A DNA stretch of 63,763 nucleotides, the filler included, from Folioceros fuciformis (Eukaryota): NCBI GenBank assembly GCA_049999805.1. It is 25 parts of 25 records of this genome, joined end to end, with 100 filler letters (N's around TTAATTAATTAA, not from the genome) between each part and the next. Parts side by side here need not be neighbours in the genome. Positions count along the whole stretch, not along the records: positions 12,228 to 14,634 come from JBNGIO010007025.1; positions 14,735 to 16,026 come from JBNGIO010007026.1; positions 16,127 to 17,999 come from JBNGIO010007027.1; positions 18,100 to 20,263 come from JBNGIO010007028.1; positions 20,364 to 22,301 come from JBNGIO010007029.1; positions 22,402 to 23,750 come from JBNGIO010007030.1; 19 more parts are not named here. One strand, given 5' to 3'. The position numbers and the translations under genes were made by a program. This document shows, one piece after another, positions 12,228-23,750 of the stretch. Position 1 is the first letter of the stretch, and each line of letters begins with the position of its first letter. The notes beneath the pieces are model-generated. The model was not told the origin of the DNA. It worked only from the letters and a program-made list of their open reading frames with translations, and made no database searches.

Positions 12228-13112
12228 TTCCGAGACGAGTACGCGCTGAATTACCTGATCGGGACGCTGCGGAAGGCGCATGTGGCGCTGCTGAACGGGA
12301 TCGTAATGGGCGGGGGCAACGGGCTGTCCATGCTGGGGAGCTTTAGGGTGGCGACGGAGAAGACGGTATTCGCCATGCCGGAGACCGCACTGGGGCTCCA
12401 CCCGGACGTGGGGGCGAGCTACTTCCTCTCAAGGCTCCCGGGGCATTTCGCGGAGTACCTGGGGCTGACGGGGGATCGGCTGGACGGAGCGGATTTGCTG
12501 CACTGCGGGCTGGCCACGCACTTCGTGCCGTCTCAGCGGCTGCCGTGGCTGGAGGAGAGGCTAGGAGGGTTAGAGAGGGTGGACGCGGACGTGTTGAGTA
12601 CGGCCATCAATGAGTTTTGCGATGCAGTGTTCGTCGGGCTGCAGAGCCCGTGGCATCTGGTGCGGCGGGAGACCATCAACCGGTGCTTCTCGAAGGGGAG
12701 CATGGAGGAGATTCTGGCTGCGTTGGAAGGGGAGGCCCAGGAGCGTGGCGGGGGGGACGAGTGGTTGCAGTCCACCATCGCGAAGCTTCGGAAGGCCTCC
12801 CCTACCAGCCTGAAGGTCACTCTGAGGTCCATCCGGGAAGGGAGGCAGCAGTCGCTGCATCAGTGCCTGGCAAAGGAGTTCCGTCTGAGCTCCCGATTCA
12901 TGGAGGGGAAGGTGTCATCGGACTTCTACGAGGGCTGTAGGGCCATCTTGGTGGACAAGGACAACGCTCCCAAATGGGAGCCCAGCAGACTGGAGGACGT
13001 GACCGAGGACGCTGTAAACGCGTTTTTCCTTCCCCTGGAAAAGGAGCTGGAGCTGCCAGTGGAGGAGCGGGAACCGCAGTTTGTGGCTGGTCAGAGAAAG
13101 TCACGCCTGTGA
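12228..13112 (+). CDS. CHY1: 3-hydroxyisobutyryl-CoA hydrolase (CHY1-like, crotonase fold), peroxisomal; 5'-partial, no introns in visible part
   Basis: FRDEYALNYLIG...NGIVMGGGNG, TVFAMPETALGLHPDVGASYFLSRLPG, ASPTSLKVTLRSIREGR and DFYEGCRAILVDKDNAPKW. C-terminal PTS1 -SRL. Confidence 0.9.
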   Translation, partial: FRDEYALNYLIGTLRKAHVALLNGIVMGGGNGLSMLGSFRVATEKTVFAMPETALGLHPDVGASYFLSRLPGHFAEYLGLTGDRLDGADLLHCGLATHFVPSQRLPWLEERLGGLERVDADVLSTAINEFCDAVFVGLQSPWHLVRRETINRCFSKGSMEEILAALEGEAQERGGGDEWLQSTIAKLRKASPTSLKVTLRSIREGRQQSLHQCLAKEFRLSSRFMEGKVSSDFYEGCRAILVDKDNAPKWEPSRLEDVTEDAVNAFFLPLEKELELPVEEREPQFVAGQRKSRL

Positions 13113-14199
13113 TAATTGAGAGCAGGAGGTCCAACTCAGTCCTGTACTTCCTGGCCGAGATTGCGGACCCTCCAGCTCCCGCTGCCCTAGTACAGTAGCT
13201 GCAGTCTGTGACAGGAGAAGTCCCTGACAGGCACAAGTATTTTAGAAAAACGGCGGCATCGCTTATCCCAAGACTAATGTGCTCCATAGATTGAGCAATA
13301 AGTGTAGTATCCTACGTGATACGTGGCTTGCGAGCATGGATGGAGTGACAGAAGGCGTCACCATGCCCCCTCTCGGATTGCTGTTGGCTGTCATGCCACC
13401 GTAGGAAATGACTTAGTCGGAAATGTAGTCATTTTTTTGGGGGTGATACTCCGCCAGCAGATTCGATGAATTCGGAGACACAAGGGATATGCGTTTGGGA
13501 TGTACATAACTTGGCCAGCGGAAATTCAGAGTTGTTTTCGGAAGGTGCTCAGGAAATTCGGACAATCCAAATTCTTTTGGATGGAACTTGAATGGATGGA
13601 ACTCGAACAAAGCGAGAGTGTCAAGTCAAATCCTCAGCCGTCACTACACGGTCAGCTTCCAAAGATAGAAACAGGGCACAATCGCGCGCTGCGCAGACTC
13701 ACGGCATTCACGGAGATCTGTATAAATGCAGTGACTAGTCCTGCAAGGAAATCGCGGGGCAACACCAACTTACGTCTCCTGCTACATACTAAAGACAGCT
13801 GCAAATCGTAGATTGAAGACTGATCTTGTGCCGAGTGAGATATATGCCGGGAGGCGCAGACTGCTGTCGGCTGCAGTTGTGCTTCTGAATTGGGCGATGG
13901 CAAGGAGAAGGCGAGACACACTAAACTTCACGTTCAATGTATAAATGATCTGCCAAACAAACAAACACGGACGAGGCCGAGGCCGAGGCCGAGGTCGAGG
14001 CCGAATGGGCACACAGCAGTCGCAGGTTCTAGACAGGGATACAAACAGTCTCAGACTGTCGGTGCGCGGGTGCGTGGAGGTGTGGCAGTCGGACTCCCAT
14101 CCACCGGCGCAACGCCAGCGAGAGACAATTCACAAGTGTCACGGCACAGCAAGGCAAGGCAAGACAGGGCAAATGCGACGCAGCAGTCGTCAAGTCTAG

Positions 14200-14634
14200 C
14201 TAGGCATGCGTGGATCCGGAGAGGCTCTTGTGCAAGCAGCTCTGCACGTAGAAGGTGAGCAAGCGACGCGCGTCCGGAGACGGCTTGGCGCCCTGGCGCA
14301 GCCTCGCAAGGAGATTGCAGACGAGAGGCGTGCAGAAATCGGTGGCCTCCGGATGGCCCCGGAAGTCTAGCAGCAGGGCCCAGGCGAGGCCCGGGCCGAG
14401 CGAGCCGCTGGTCTCCCCTCTGAGATGCCACCTCTCCTGGCGCGACTTGATGTGCTGGCGCAGCGGCGAGCGCACGCGGGCGAGCGAAATGCTGCCCCGG
14501 CGGGTGTTCCAGTAGCGTTCCGCCTGTTGGGTGCTGATGTGCGGATGGCAGTCGAAGAGCGATCGTGCGCCGCCCCGGGCTCGTTGATCTTGTCGCGCTT
14601 CCAGCGCAGCTGCGGCGTGAGGCCCTGGTGCGGG
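14200..14634 (-). CDS. Hypothetical protein, C-terminal fragment
   Basis: GC-rich frame open from the contig end to a TAG at 14200 (…LFDCHPHISTQQAERYWN…WALLLDFRGHPEATDFCTPLVCNLL…). No recognised domain. Confidence 0.3.
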   Translation of the reverse strand, partial: PAPGPHAAAALEARQDQRARGGARSLFDCHPHISTQQAERYWNTRRGSISLARVRSPLRQHIKSRQERWHLRGETSGSLGPGLAWALLLDFRGHPEATDFCTPLVCNLLARLRQGAKPSPDARRLLTFYVQSCLHKSLSGSTHA

Positions 14635-14765
14635 NNNNNNNNNNNNNNNNNNNNNNNNNNNNNNNNNNNNNNNNNNNNTTAATTAATTAANNNNNNNNNN
14701 NNNNNNNNNNNNNNNNNNNNNNNNNNNNNNNNNNAGGTGGAATCACATTTTGTCTCCTGTGACAG

Positions 14766-15231
14766 ACACCGAAGGATTACTTTGAGATCAAAGCAAAGTT
14801 GACGGAGGTTTGTGATGTTTTTCTTCGCTATGCTTGCTGGTTGGTACTTCCCCATCGAGAAGCTTACGGGTTTGACATGCAACAATTCCCATGTTGATGG
14901 TCCTTCAGGCAAGGGCTGCACTGACTTCACTTTCGGAAGAGAGAAATGCTGCCGTGCAGCTGACCCAGCGCTTGCAGCAGGACATGGTACACGCTCGCTG
15001 GCATTCATTGTGTTTTTGTGTTACTCGAAGGTCCATCAATTCACTTTTAATTGTTGTATTGCACAGACACAACTGGTGGCGAATATGGACTCTAGAAAGC
15101 ATGCAAGCAAAGGATCTGGTGATGGGACTCAGTCTTCACTTGCTGTTGCACAGAAGCAAACCGGTTTCCCATTTTTTGTTGTGCTCTTGGGTATCCTGCT
15201 GGGTATCTTTGTGGGATACCTGTTCGCATAG
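14766..15231 (+). CDS. VAP27: VAP27-like vesicle-associated protein, last three exons (coiled coil + tail anchor)
   Basis: Exons TPKDYFEIKAKLTE / ARAALTSLSEERNAAVQLTQRLQQDM / ...GFPFFVVLLGILLGIFVGYLFA*, typical of the plant VAP C-terminus. Confidence 0.75.
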
Positions 15232-16126
15232 CTGTCATGAGTACGAGCTAAACTAAAATAATTTGGCTTTACCTCTAGGTTGCATCTGGTCATGGGTTAG
15301 CTCTATCAGCCTGTGGTGTAATCCTTGTCCCGAGTGCATGTTGAAGTTGGAGAGAGTTTTCTGGGATTTGTCCAGTCCAGATTGAGTTCTTCCTAATCCT
15401 TGGCTGGTTGTCACTCAATTGTGGCAAGGTCAGCTCCTGCCAGCATATGTAAGCTTGATTAGCAGCAGTGGTTCACCTGTAGGAGAAGTAGATAAAAGGG
15501 GACGTATGGGGAACAATGGTTGTCTGTCCTCTCACCCTTTCATGTCCCAATCAGCATGGAGTACGTAGATCGTAGGCCCCTTGTTTTGGCTTGCCCTAGC
15601 CTTGTCTCTATAGTTAGTTGTAATTTGATGTCGTAGATGGTGGCGATAACCCTGAACCCCCTGTTTTCTTAAGAGGTGTTGCTTACTCACTTTTGTTCCG
15701 CCAGAGTTGTGTGACCATTTCGGAAATATTCTGCAGGCAAGATCCACTTGTACTATACCAGTCAAGCCAAACATTGTTCCACTTTCGTGTTGGTGTTTTG
15801 TTTTCTGGCTTTTCCCGTGTTCGGTTCTGCCGTCCTTGCCCTGGCTGGAGCTCACCGCCCTGCCCGGTGAAGAGATGAGGATCTCATCCTGATTCTCATC
15901 CTCCATCCTCCTCCGGATTCCCTTCCACCCCCTTGTCGAAATCAGCTCCTGGTTGGCGACCCCCTCGGAGAATCAGCTTGTGTCAGAATGCAACCACAAG
16001 ATTGGTCACAAGCCTATGGTGCCTACNNNNNNNNNNNNNNNNNNNNNNNNNNNNNNNNNNNNNNNNNNNNTTAATTAATTAANNNNNNNNNNNNNNNNNN
16101 NNNNNNNNNNNNNNNNNNNNNNNNNN

Positions 16127-16212
16127 TGCCTCATATGGTCAATGCCTCATAGGGTCAATGCCTCATAAGGTCAATGCCTCTTAGGGTCAATGCCTCATAG
16201 GGTCAATGCCTC
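16127..16212. repeat. 16-bp tandem repeat (ATAGGGTCAATGCCTC), ~5 copies, truncated by the contig end
   Basis: 16-bp periodicity read directly from the sequence. Confidence 0.9.
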
Positions 16213-16521
16213 GCACTATGCCTATTACTTAGGCTCAGCCAAGTAGTATCCATTTAGTGTTAAAAGTCTTAGAAGCATCTGCTCCTTGCTCCTCGTTTTG
16301 CACCTTATAACCCTAGTAATAGTGCACCCTATCATAATCCAACATTTTCTCCACAAAAAAAAGGCTTGGCCTTTTACATTGCAACCAACCAAGTTGCAAG
16401 AGTAGACAAAAGGTGCAAGGGCAAAGTATGACGAATTCTCTATTTATCTGTGTGACGCTGTGCATTTCTCATTGAGAAACTTAAGATAAAGGTTTTAGGG
16501 CACTCACTAAAACCAATGGAT

Positions 16522-16578
16522 GGGTTTAGGGTTTAGGGTTTAGGGTTTAGGGGTTAGGGGTAAACCCTAAACCCTAAA
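16522..16578. repeat. Interstitial plant telomeric repeats in inverted arrangement: (TTTAGGG)n followed by (CCCTAAA)n
   Basis: GGGTTTAGGGTTTAGGGTTTAGGGTTTAGGGGTTAGGGG directly followed by TAAACCCTAAACCCTAAA. Confidence 0.9.
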
Positions 16579-16764
16579 GAAAGAAAAATAATAAACGACA
16601 ATACATCTTCATATATTTTATGAATTTTATAAAACTTGAAATAATAATAATACAAGAAGAAAAAAAAACTTACGATCGACTGTTTACATTCGTCTATCTA
16701 AAGAAGTACATGAGTTTAAGCTATATATGTATGAGAGGACCCTTAGTTCATTTCAACACCACAA

Positions 16765-17915
16765 ATGTTTGATGTGAGGAACATTATGGCTAAGAAAACT
16801 ATGGATGAGATTTTCCCCCTACAGGAAATACTTGGGTATACTTTCCAAGATGCGGTTCTTGTGCATAGAACTTTCTATGAACCACAGAACCGAGACAATA
16901 CCAAGGTACGTTAGTATTTGTCACTTTCATTTGTGACATCATTATTATTATATTACTCTTGAAGCACTTATGTCTTTGAATGATTGCAGTTGCTTAAGCG
17001 ATTTGAGTTTGTGGGCGATTTCGTGTTGAGTTTCTTAATCTCTATATTCTTCTTCGATCAATTCCGTACTGAAGATTCTGGTGTGTTAACTGATATGCGA
17101 GCAGCAGCTGTGAATAATGGCCACTTGGCTACTCTTTGTGTGCAACAAGGTATTACTAGATGCTTTAAAGGTGTGCAAGCTTCAATGTGTTGCAAATTGC
17201 CTATTTGTTTGGAGTTATAATGAATGTATTAACGATCTTGACCATGCTACTGTTTTCTACATGTGTAGGTCTTGCTCAATGCTTTCGTCGTAGATTTCCA
17301 GATTATAATGGACTTGTGGAACAACTTTCTATTCCAGCACAAGATCCTGATGAGGCAAAAGATCATGTACCATGGGGCACAATGAAACGACAACATGTAT
17401 GTACTCTTTTGTTTCCTCTCATGATCTCACCTTGTATTATGGATGATGTATACGTATGTTCAAGTCATTCTTTAGAGTCTTAACATGGGTTCTGTATACA
17501 TATTGCTTGTTTAATTGCACGTAGCAGGTTTTCTAATATTTATTATTTTTTATGATATTTATAGATTTTTGCAAACTATTATGAAAGTATCATTGGAGTT
17601 GTATACATGGACAGTAACTACAACCTTGAAGAAGTGAAAAGGGTTATCAAACCACTTTACTCACGAATAGAGAAGTTCGATCCACGGAACTTGCCACAAA
17701 ATCCAGTTCGCAGGGCTCAAGAGATATGTCAACAAAAAGGTCTTTCGTTGCAGGTAGAGTTTGAACTTTTGGGTGATGGAACTACCAAGGCTAAAGGAAA
17801 AGTTGTGACAATGGATGACAATACCCACATTCTAATGCGTGAGGAATCTAATCCTCATATCGGTAAGAAAACAGCAAGGATAAATCTAGCGGAATGTATC
17901 CTACCAAAACTAAAG
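16765..17915 (+). CDS. RNase III domain + dsRNA-binding domain protein (RTL-like / Dicer C-terminus-like); 4 visible exons
   Basis: Exons 16765(or 16801)-16905, 16990-17149, 17269-17396 and 17565-17915. They give LQEILGYTFQD, KRFEFVGDFVL (RNase III signature), LTDMRAAAVNN, FANYYESIIGVVYMDS and the dsRBD NPVRRAQEICQQKGL...KKTARINLAECIL. Confidence 0.85.
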
Positions 17916-18330
17916 GTACTTGCATTTTTTTTATTTTTTAGGGTTTTATTTTTGTAGGGTTTTATCTTTTTAGGGTTTTATCTTTTTAGGGTTTTATGTN
18001 NNNNNNNNNNNNNNNNNNNNNNNNNNNNNNNNNNNNNNNNNNNTTAATTAATTAANNNNNNNNNNNNNNNNNNNNNNNNNNNNNNNNNNNNNNNNNNNNC
18101 TCGTCTGTGGAGTCCGCGGTTCGCTTCGCTGTCGTGGACCTGTTTGGTACTTGGTTGTTATCAATTCTGTCAGGTGTTAGGAAGGGACTGTCGATACTGT
18201 GCCTTTTGTGGTCGGGGAAAGCACGGGGTTTTTGGTCTTGCATTTTGGATCAGTTTTGAGGAATCAGTGGTTTTGGAGCCTTTCCGTCGTGGTTCTCTTG
18301 AGGTTGACCGCTGTGTTTGTCCCTTGGCAG

Positions 18331-19569
18331 ATGGGTTGACGAAGTAGTGCCTGACGCTCCCTGGGTGATCAATCAGGAGTTCCTGGATAAACACCGAATC
18401 GATTATGTTGCACATGACGCCCTTCCGTATGTCTCGCAAGCCTCTGTTGTCTGATGCACCAGGAGTCTTGTTATAGTGAGTTGCTGTTTCTGGTAGAGAT
18501 TTGTGTGACAGCAAATGTTCTGTGGTATTGCAGTTATGCTGACACTAGCGGCGCTGGCAAGGATGTATATGAATTTGTGAGTAGTTGTAATGCTTCAGTG
18601 TTTTGGAGCTTTCTTGCAGCATTCTGTGGGTGCTTTGGGTCTGTCACAGGAACTAATTCTTTTTGCAGGTGAAAGCTGCAGGGAGGTTTAAAGAGACAAA
18701 GAGGACGGATGGTATCTCCACCTCAGATCTCATCATGAGGATTGTCAAGGACTACAATGAGTATGTCATGCGTAACTTGGCTCGTGGATATACAAGAAAG
18801 GAATTGGGAGTCAGCTATGTGAAGGTCAGCATGTACATCTAGATTTGGGCTTCTTCTGGGCGTGTAGTAGCCTATCCACTTGATAGTAACACCATGACCT
18901 CGACCTTACATTTGGCTCTCTTTGATGCATTTGTTCTCTTCTTCTCTTAGGAGAAGCAACTGAGAGTGAACATGGGAATCACGAAACTGCGACAAAAAGT
19001 GAAAGAGCAACAAGAACGGGTTGGCCGGAAGGTTTCCTTTGTTCCCAGTGCATTGTGGCATCATCTAGGACAAACCTTTCGTACAGAACTTTCTTACTTT
19101 TTTGTCTGAAACTGCTTTGTTGTAAACCGCGTTTTGGTTTCTGTCGTGGGTGCAGCTTAAGACTGTGGCTAAAACGGCGGGTGAGCACCATGGGGAGTGG
19201 GTAGAAAACGCGGATCGATGGGTCATTGGCTTTTTGGAGAAGTTCGAGCAAGGCTTTTATCTAATGGTAAGTCACGTCCTAAAGACGATTGTTTTCTCAG
19301 AGAGGCGTTTGAAGGAGTGTGCGGTTTGTGGAGCAGCATGTGGAGAGGTGATCAGGGAGACATGAATGGAAGCTGATGTCGTTCCCCTGTTTGCTTTGTA
19401 CCGTGTGCAGGAAAATGCAATCAAGACTCAAATTCAGAAAGGCTTGATGAGGCCTGAAACAAAGAACAGGACAAGCTCCAGAAATAAGCTGCTTCCAAAC
19501 TCAGGACATGTGAAAGGGAGCGAGAGTTCATTGCACGGCTCCAAACGAGGTGTTATGGCAGCTCTCTAA
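18331..19569 (+). CDS. CCT1: CTP:phosphocholine cytidylyltransferase, 3' exons
   Basis: [78 protein letters not shown] and [17 protein letters not shown]. Confidence 0.92.
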
Positions 19570-20363
19570 CTTCTTGAATGACCTAGTTTCAGGAGGTGAG
19601 CCACCTTGCATGACGTCCCCGAGTTAGTTGCCACTGAGATGTCACTGTTAAGGTGTATGCCGATGCTAATTTTTTCCTCCGTCATTCAATAAAGACCCCG
19701 CAACCCGTCCAAGAGACCTCGGTTCTTGACCAATTGTCAAAGTAAATTAGGCTTGAGAAAAGTGGAGGCTTTAGTTTAGATGTAGGGTAGCTAGTCGGGG
19801 GGCCTGTCCATTCCTTCCACGGCCAGGCCTCGTCTTACCCTCCCTCACCCTGGCCTACTCCAAACCTTATGTACAAGTACCTCGTCACTTTTTGTGGGCA
19901 ATTATAATTTTGAACGATAACACCCTCATGGTTCATTGTAGATTGTTCGTGAGGCTTCTTGAGACTTGTCGTGATGTGGAACGATGGAGGAAAGCACGAC
20001 ACTCAACGACACCGGTCGACTTTGTCTGGCACTCCGAACTGGAGTCCTCAAGACTGTGACGACACTGGGTCCTCCCCCCCTATTTTGGTCTAGACGGTAA
20101 ACCACTTTCAGTTTCTTGAGATGGTTCTCTGGATATGGACAGGTGGTTCGGGCAACATGGCTTGGGCGTTGGGTGGGTAGTACAGCTGGCTGACACTAGT
20201 TTAGTAACTCCCTCACTGCAGGCTGGATTCACATCTATCTATGCTAGAGCCTGGGTTGCACTGNNNNNNNNNNNNNNNNNNNNNNNNNNNNNNNNNNNNN
20301 NNNNNNNTTAATTAATTAANNNNNNNNNNNNNNNNNNNNNNNNNNNNNNNNNNNNNNNNNNNN

Positions 20364-20795
20364 CCGTCCTCACCCAAGGTTCCTCCGCCGGACTACGACA
20401 AAGACATGCCGAAATTGCCCGGAGACGAGCCTGACTTCTGGGAGGGAGAGAAGTGGGACTGGCTGGGCTTCACCTTAGAGTATTTTTGGGCATTTGGGAT
20501 CGTGTTCGCGGTGAGCCTCTCCACAATCCAGTCACAGTGCGTGCTCCCCTGCTGCATCTGCTGTGATGTTCACAAGTCCATGGCTGACGACGTAGGTTTT
20601 GGTTGTTTATGTGTTTGGCAGCTGGTTGCATGTGGAGTGGCTGTGAGAACGTACAACAACGGGGCCACTGACTTCAAGCAAACCCCAGTCTACAAGGAAG
20701 CCATGGAGGCCCAAGGAGGCTACTCAGACGACTTCGAGTCATCATCCCCAGGCTTTGCAGATAGCCCTGCAGAGGCTCCTGCTCTTGAGGACTAA
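20364..20795 (+). CDS. Conserved plant small membrane protein (probably plastid), last two exons, function unknown
   Basis: LPGDEPDFWEGEKWDWLGFTLEYFWAFGIVFA / LVACGVAVRTYNNGATDFKQTPVYKEA...EAPALED*. One TM helix; intron ~20511-20621. Confidence 0.7.
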   Translation, partial: PSSPKVPPPDYDKDMPKLPGDEPDFWEGEKWDWLGFTLEYFWAFGIVFAVSLSTIQSQCVLPCCICCDVHKSMADDVGFGCLCVWQLVACGVAVRTYNNGATDFKQTPVYKEAMEAQGGYSDDFESSSPGFADSPAEAPALED

Positions 20796-22401
20796 CATGC
20801 TCTGCTTGAGCTCTCGTTGTCCACGAGCTCCACGACCGCCAAGTCCTAACTTTTGGTTGGGGTTGTGTCCAGGAGCTCCACGTCTAGTTCCTTGTGTAAT
20901 ATCGTTATGTAAGCTTTCGGGCTCTTGGGATCGTTTTTGCAACAACCAGAGGGACCTTCACCATCTGTTTTGCTTGGCTGTTCCTCAGTCTTGGGCTCCA
21001 CTGCCGGGACAATGTCTTTGGAACGACAGGATTCCTTCCTCGACCCTCTCACCACCCTATGTACGTATCCACATGGTTGAATCTGTACATCAGATGAAGG
21101 ACCCCCTAGCCGAGCTGATCCTTCTCGAGGAAGTCGACTGTGCAGGAGGGGGGACTGTAGGCTCCGGATTCCGTTCTTCGGATATATCAAGTTCTGCAAT
21201 ACTTTTCTGAGGTCGTGAGACCTCAAATAGACGCCGGTGGGCTGTACGAGGCTGAGTCACAATGATGGGCGCTCGTGGGTTGGTCAGGGGTGTGGTGCCT
21301 TATGGCTTTGTTGCATCCCTGGCTGTCTGTTGTGACTCCTCCCTGTCTTAGCCCTCTCACCAGGCTTTATCTTTATCTTTCTTTGTGTCACCTGAATAAA
21401 TGGAGGAATTTCGTGATACACATATGACTTTCATTGCACCAGCAAAAGACAACCAATCTCTTCCTATCTTGTTGCAACTTGTGATGCCTGTAAGAAGTAA
21501 AGCTCCCTTCCCTTCTAAAGATCAACTTGATACGTTCTACTTCTAAGTATAACAAACATCAAGCGATGCTTCAACACAAGATAAACTACTTACTTACCAG
21601 ATTTGTTAGGCATAGATGACCTCAGATTATATGTGTGCAAGTTTTCTGGGACATAATCTGGGTCATCATCGCCATCCCTTGTAATATCTTCCAACGGTGT
21701 ACTGATAGTCTCCTTCATAAATGTGTCTGCCTCAAGTCATTCATGTGATATTAGTACCTAATTCAATATGATCTTTTTAAATTAATGACGAGCCATGCAT
21801 CAACTTCTTGTCCTTTACCAAATTGCTGTTTCAATTTTGTTGTCTCCTTGCTTACTTTATGTACTAGCTCCAAGTTGAGATCTAACTTGTTCCTGTAAAT
21901 TTATTTTAAAATTTTTAACTTCACTTCAGTAACATATGAACTCAATAATATATCTATAAATTCACAAAATAAAGATTCTTACTTAGAAGTTTTAGACAAA
22001 ATAATAAAAATAATAACATAAATAGCAATACTCAAACATCTCAAGCCATATATTAACAAAGTTATTTTTGTAGTAAAAATTTTTCCCCAAATCTTGTTTC
22101 TTTGGGAAGTGAGCCACCAATCGAACAGGAAAGTACCCACATGTACTGAAATACATATATAAATTGTTATGTATGCAAATATTCTCACACAAAATATAAC
22201 ACATCTTATGTCAAAGATTGCATATTTGTAAAAAAATATAATATATAAATACATCCACCTAATTATTTTTACTACATCTTATACAACAATAAATATAATC
22301 CNNNNNNNNNNNNNNNNNNNNNNNNNNNNNNNNNNNNNNNNNNNNTTAATTAATTAANNNNNNNNNNNNNNNNNNNNNNNNNNNNNNNNNNNNNNNNNNN
22401 N

Positions 22402-22955
22402 GGATAATCATCCCACACCTTCTGCATCTCCAAAAACTTGTTCACCATCCGGTTGTGGTAGCCCCTGAGGTGGTGGTAGTGCTCTTTCCTCTGCAAATAC
22501 TTCAACCCCTCCCTGTACCGCGCCACGCGGGGATGACAAAGCCCCCCTTTCATTCTATCCATAAAGTCCTGCAACGGGCTCCCGAAATGAAAGTTTTCTC
22601 CAGCAAACAGCTCCTTAAGCGTGCTCTTAAAGCTTTGCTCGTCAAGGTCTGGGAGAAACGCGCACAGGCTTTCCCGTTCCTCCTCCGAGAGACAGAAGTT
22701 CCATGTGTCCAGGTTCAGGATACTCTTCAAATCCGGAAGGTCGAGCAGCTCAACAGGAACAGCGCAAATCTCTTCCCCCAGTTGACATATCTCGGTACCC
22801 TTCTCCGTGAATTCCGAGTCATCGGACAAATCTGAATCAACCAGCGCCTTTCCCGTGGTCCTGGCCCTCTGCCTCAGAGGCACTTCATCGTCAGTCGACG
22901 ACCCTGAACATGGACTGGCAGCAGTGGCTTTGGAGGTGCTCCCCAGAATCTTCAT
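22402..22955 (-). CDS. NFRKB: NFRKB-like INO80 subunit, N-terminal DEUBAD domain (3'-truncated by contig end)
   Basis: PVELLDLPDLKSILNLDTWNFCLSEEERESLCAFLPDLD...KELFAGENFHFGSPL...GGLCHPRV...HYHHLRGYHNRMV. Confidence 0.88.
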
Positions 22956-23550
22956 TGCAATAACCCTGGTGACGGAGATCACACAACCTTGATCGCCCAG
23001 ACTACCTCACACCTTGGCCGCACAGAAAATCACCCATGCTAGTGAGCCGCAAGCACGAATTGCGCATTCTGCGCCATCAAACCCAAGCAAGCTGCCTCCC
23101 AGCCCCCGAGTGATGCACGACACTCTCACCAGGAAGCCAGCACGTCATCGATACATGATAAACCTGCTACCTGCCACGCTTCGCCTGCAGCTCGATAGGA
23201 ACTTGGCGAATTTCAATCGTAAACGTACCCTAAAACCCCATTCTCTCAATTCTTTCCGCCCGATCCATTTAAACACCTTTACGAAGCTTTAACACTGCCA
23301 ACATCAACAGCACGCTTTTTATAGGAATACGTTAAGATTATTACACCATTTTAGATTATTTTTTATTATTGAAAAAATGATTGGAAAGTCCTACATACGG
23401 AAGACGAACAATGCCAGCAGATGGGAGGAACTACTCCAAAAGATTAGAGGAACAACCCGAGCAGGGCCAGTACTAGCCCTTCCAACAACAATATCATTAT
23501 GTAGAACACCAACATGCGTATCTACTACTAGTGCTGAAGAAGGGCTTTTC

Positions 23551-23750
23551 TTGTTGCTGTTGTCTAAAAAGTGTGTTGGCCAGGCGAAGGAGCCACCAAT
23601 GTTGAAGAATCCGCTTGACTTGTTGCTGTTGTCTCAAAAGTGTGTTGGTCAGCCGAAGGAGCCACCAATGCTGAAGAATCCGCTTGACTTGTTGCTGTTC
23701 TAAAAACTGTGTTGGCCAGCCGAAGGAGCCACCAATGTTGAAGAATCCGC
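23551..23750. repeat. 69-bp minisatellite, ~3 copies, running into the contig end
   Basis: Units start at 23551, 23620 and 23689 (TTGTTGCTGTTGTCT...GAAGAATCCGCTTGAC). Confidence 0.92.

Noticed and set aside
16127-16212. Short tandem repeats as a possible CRISPR array
   Set aside because: No unique spacers and no cas genes; eukaryotic context.
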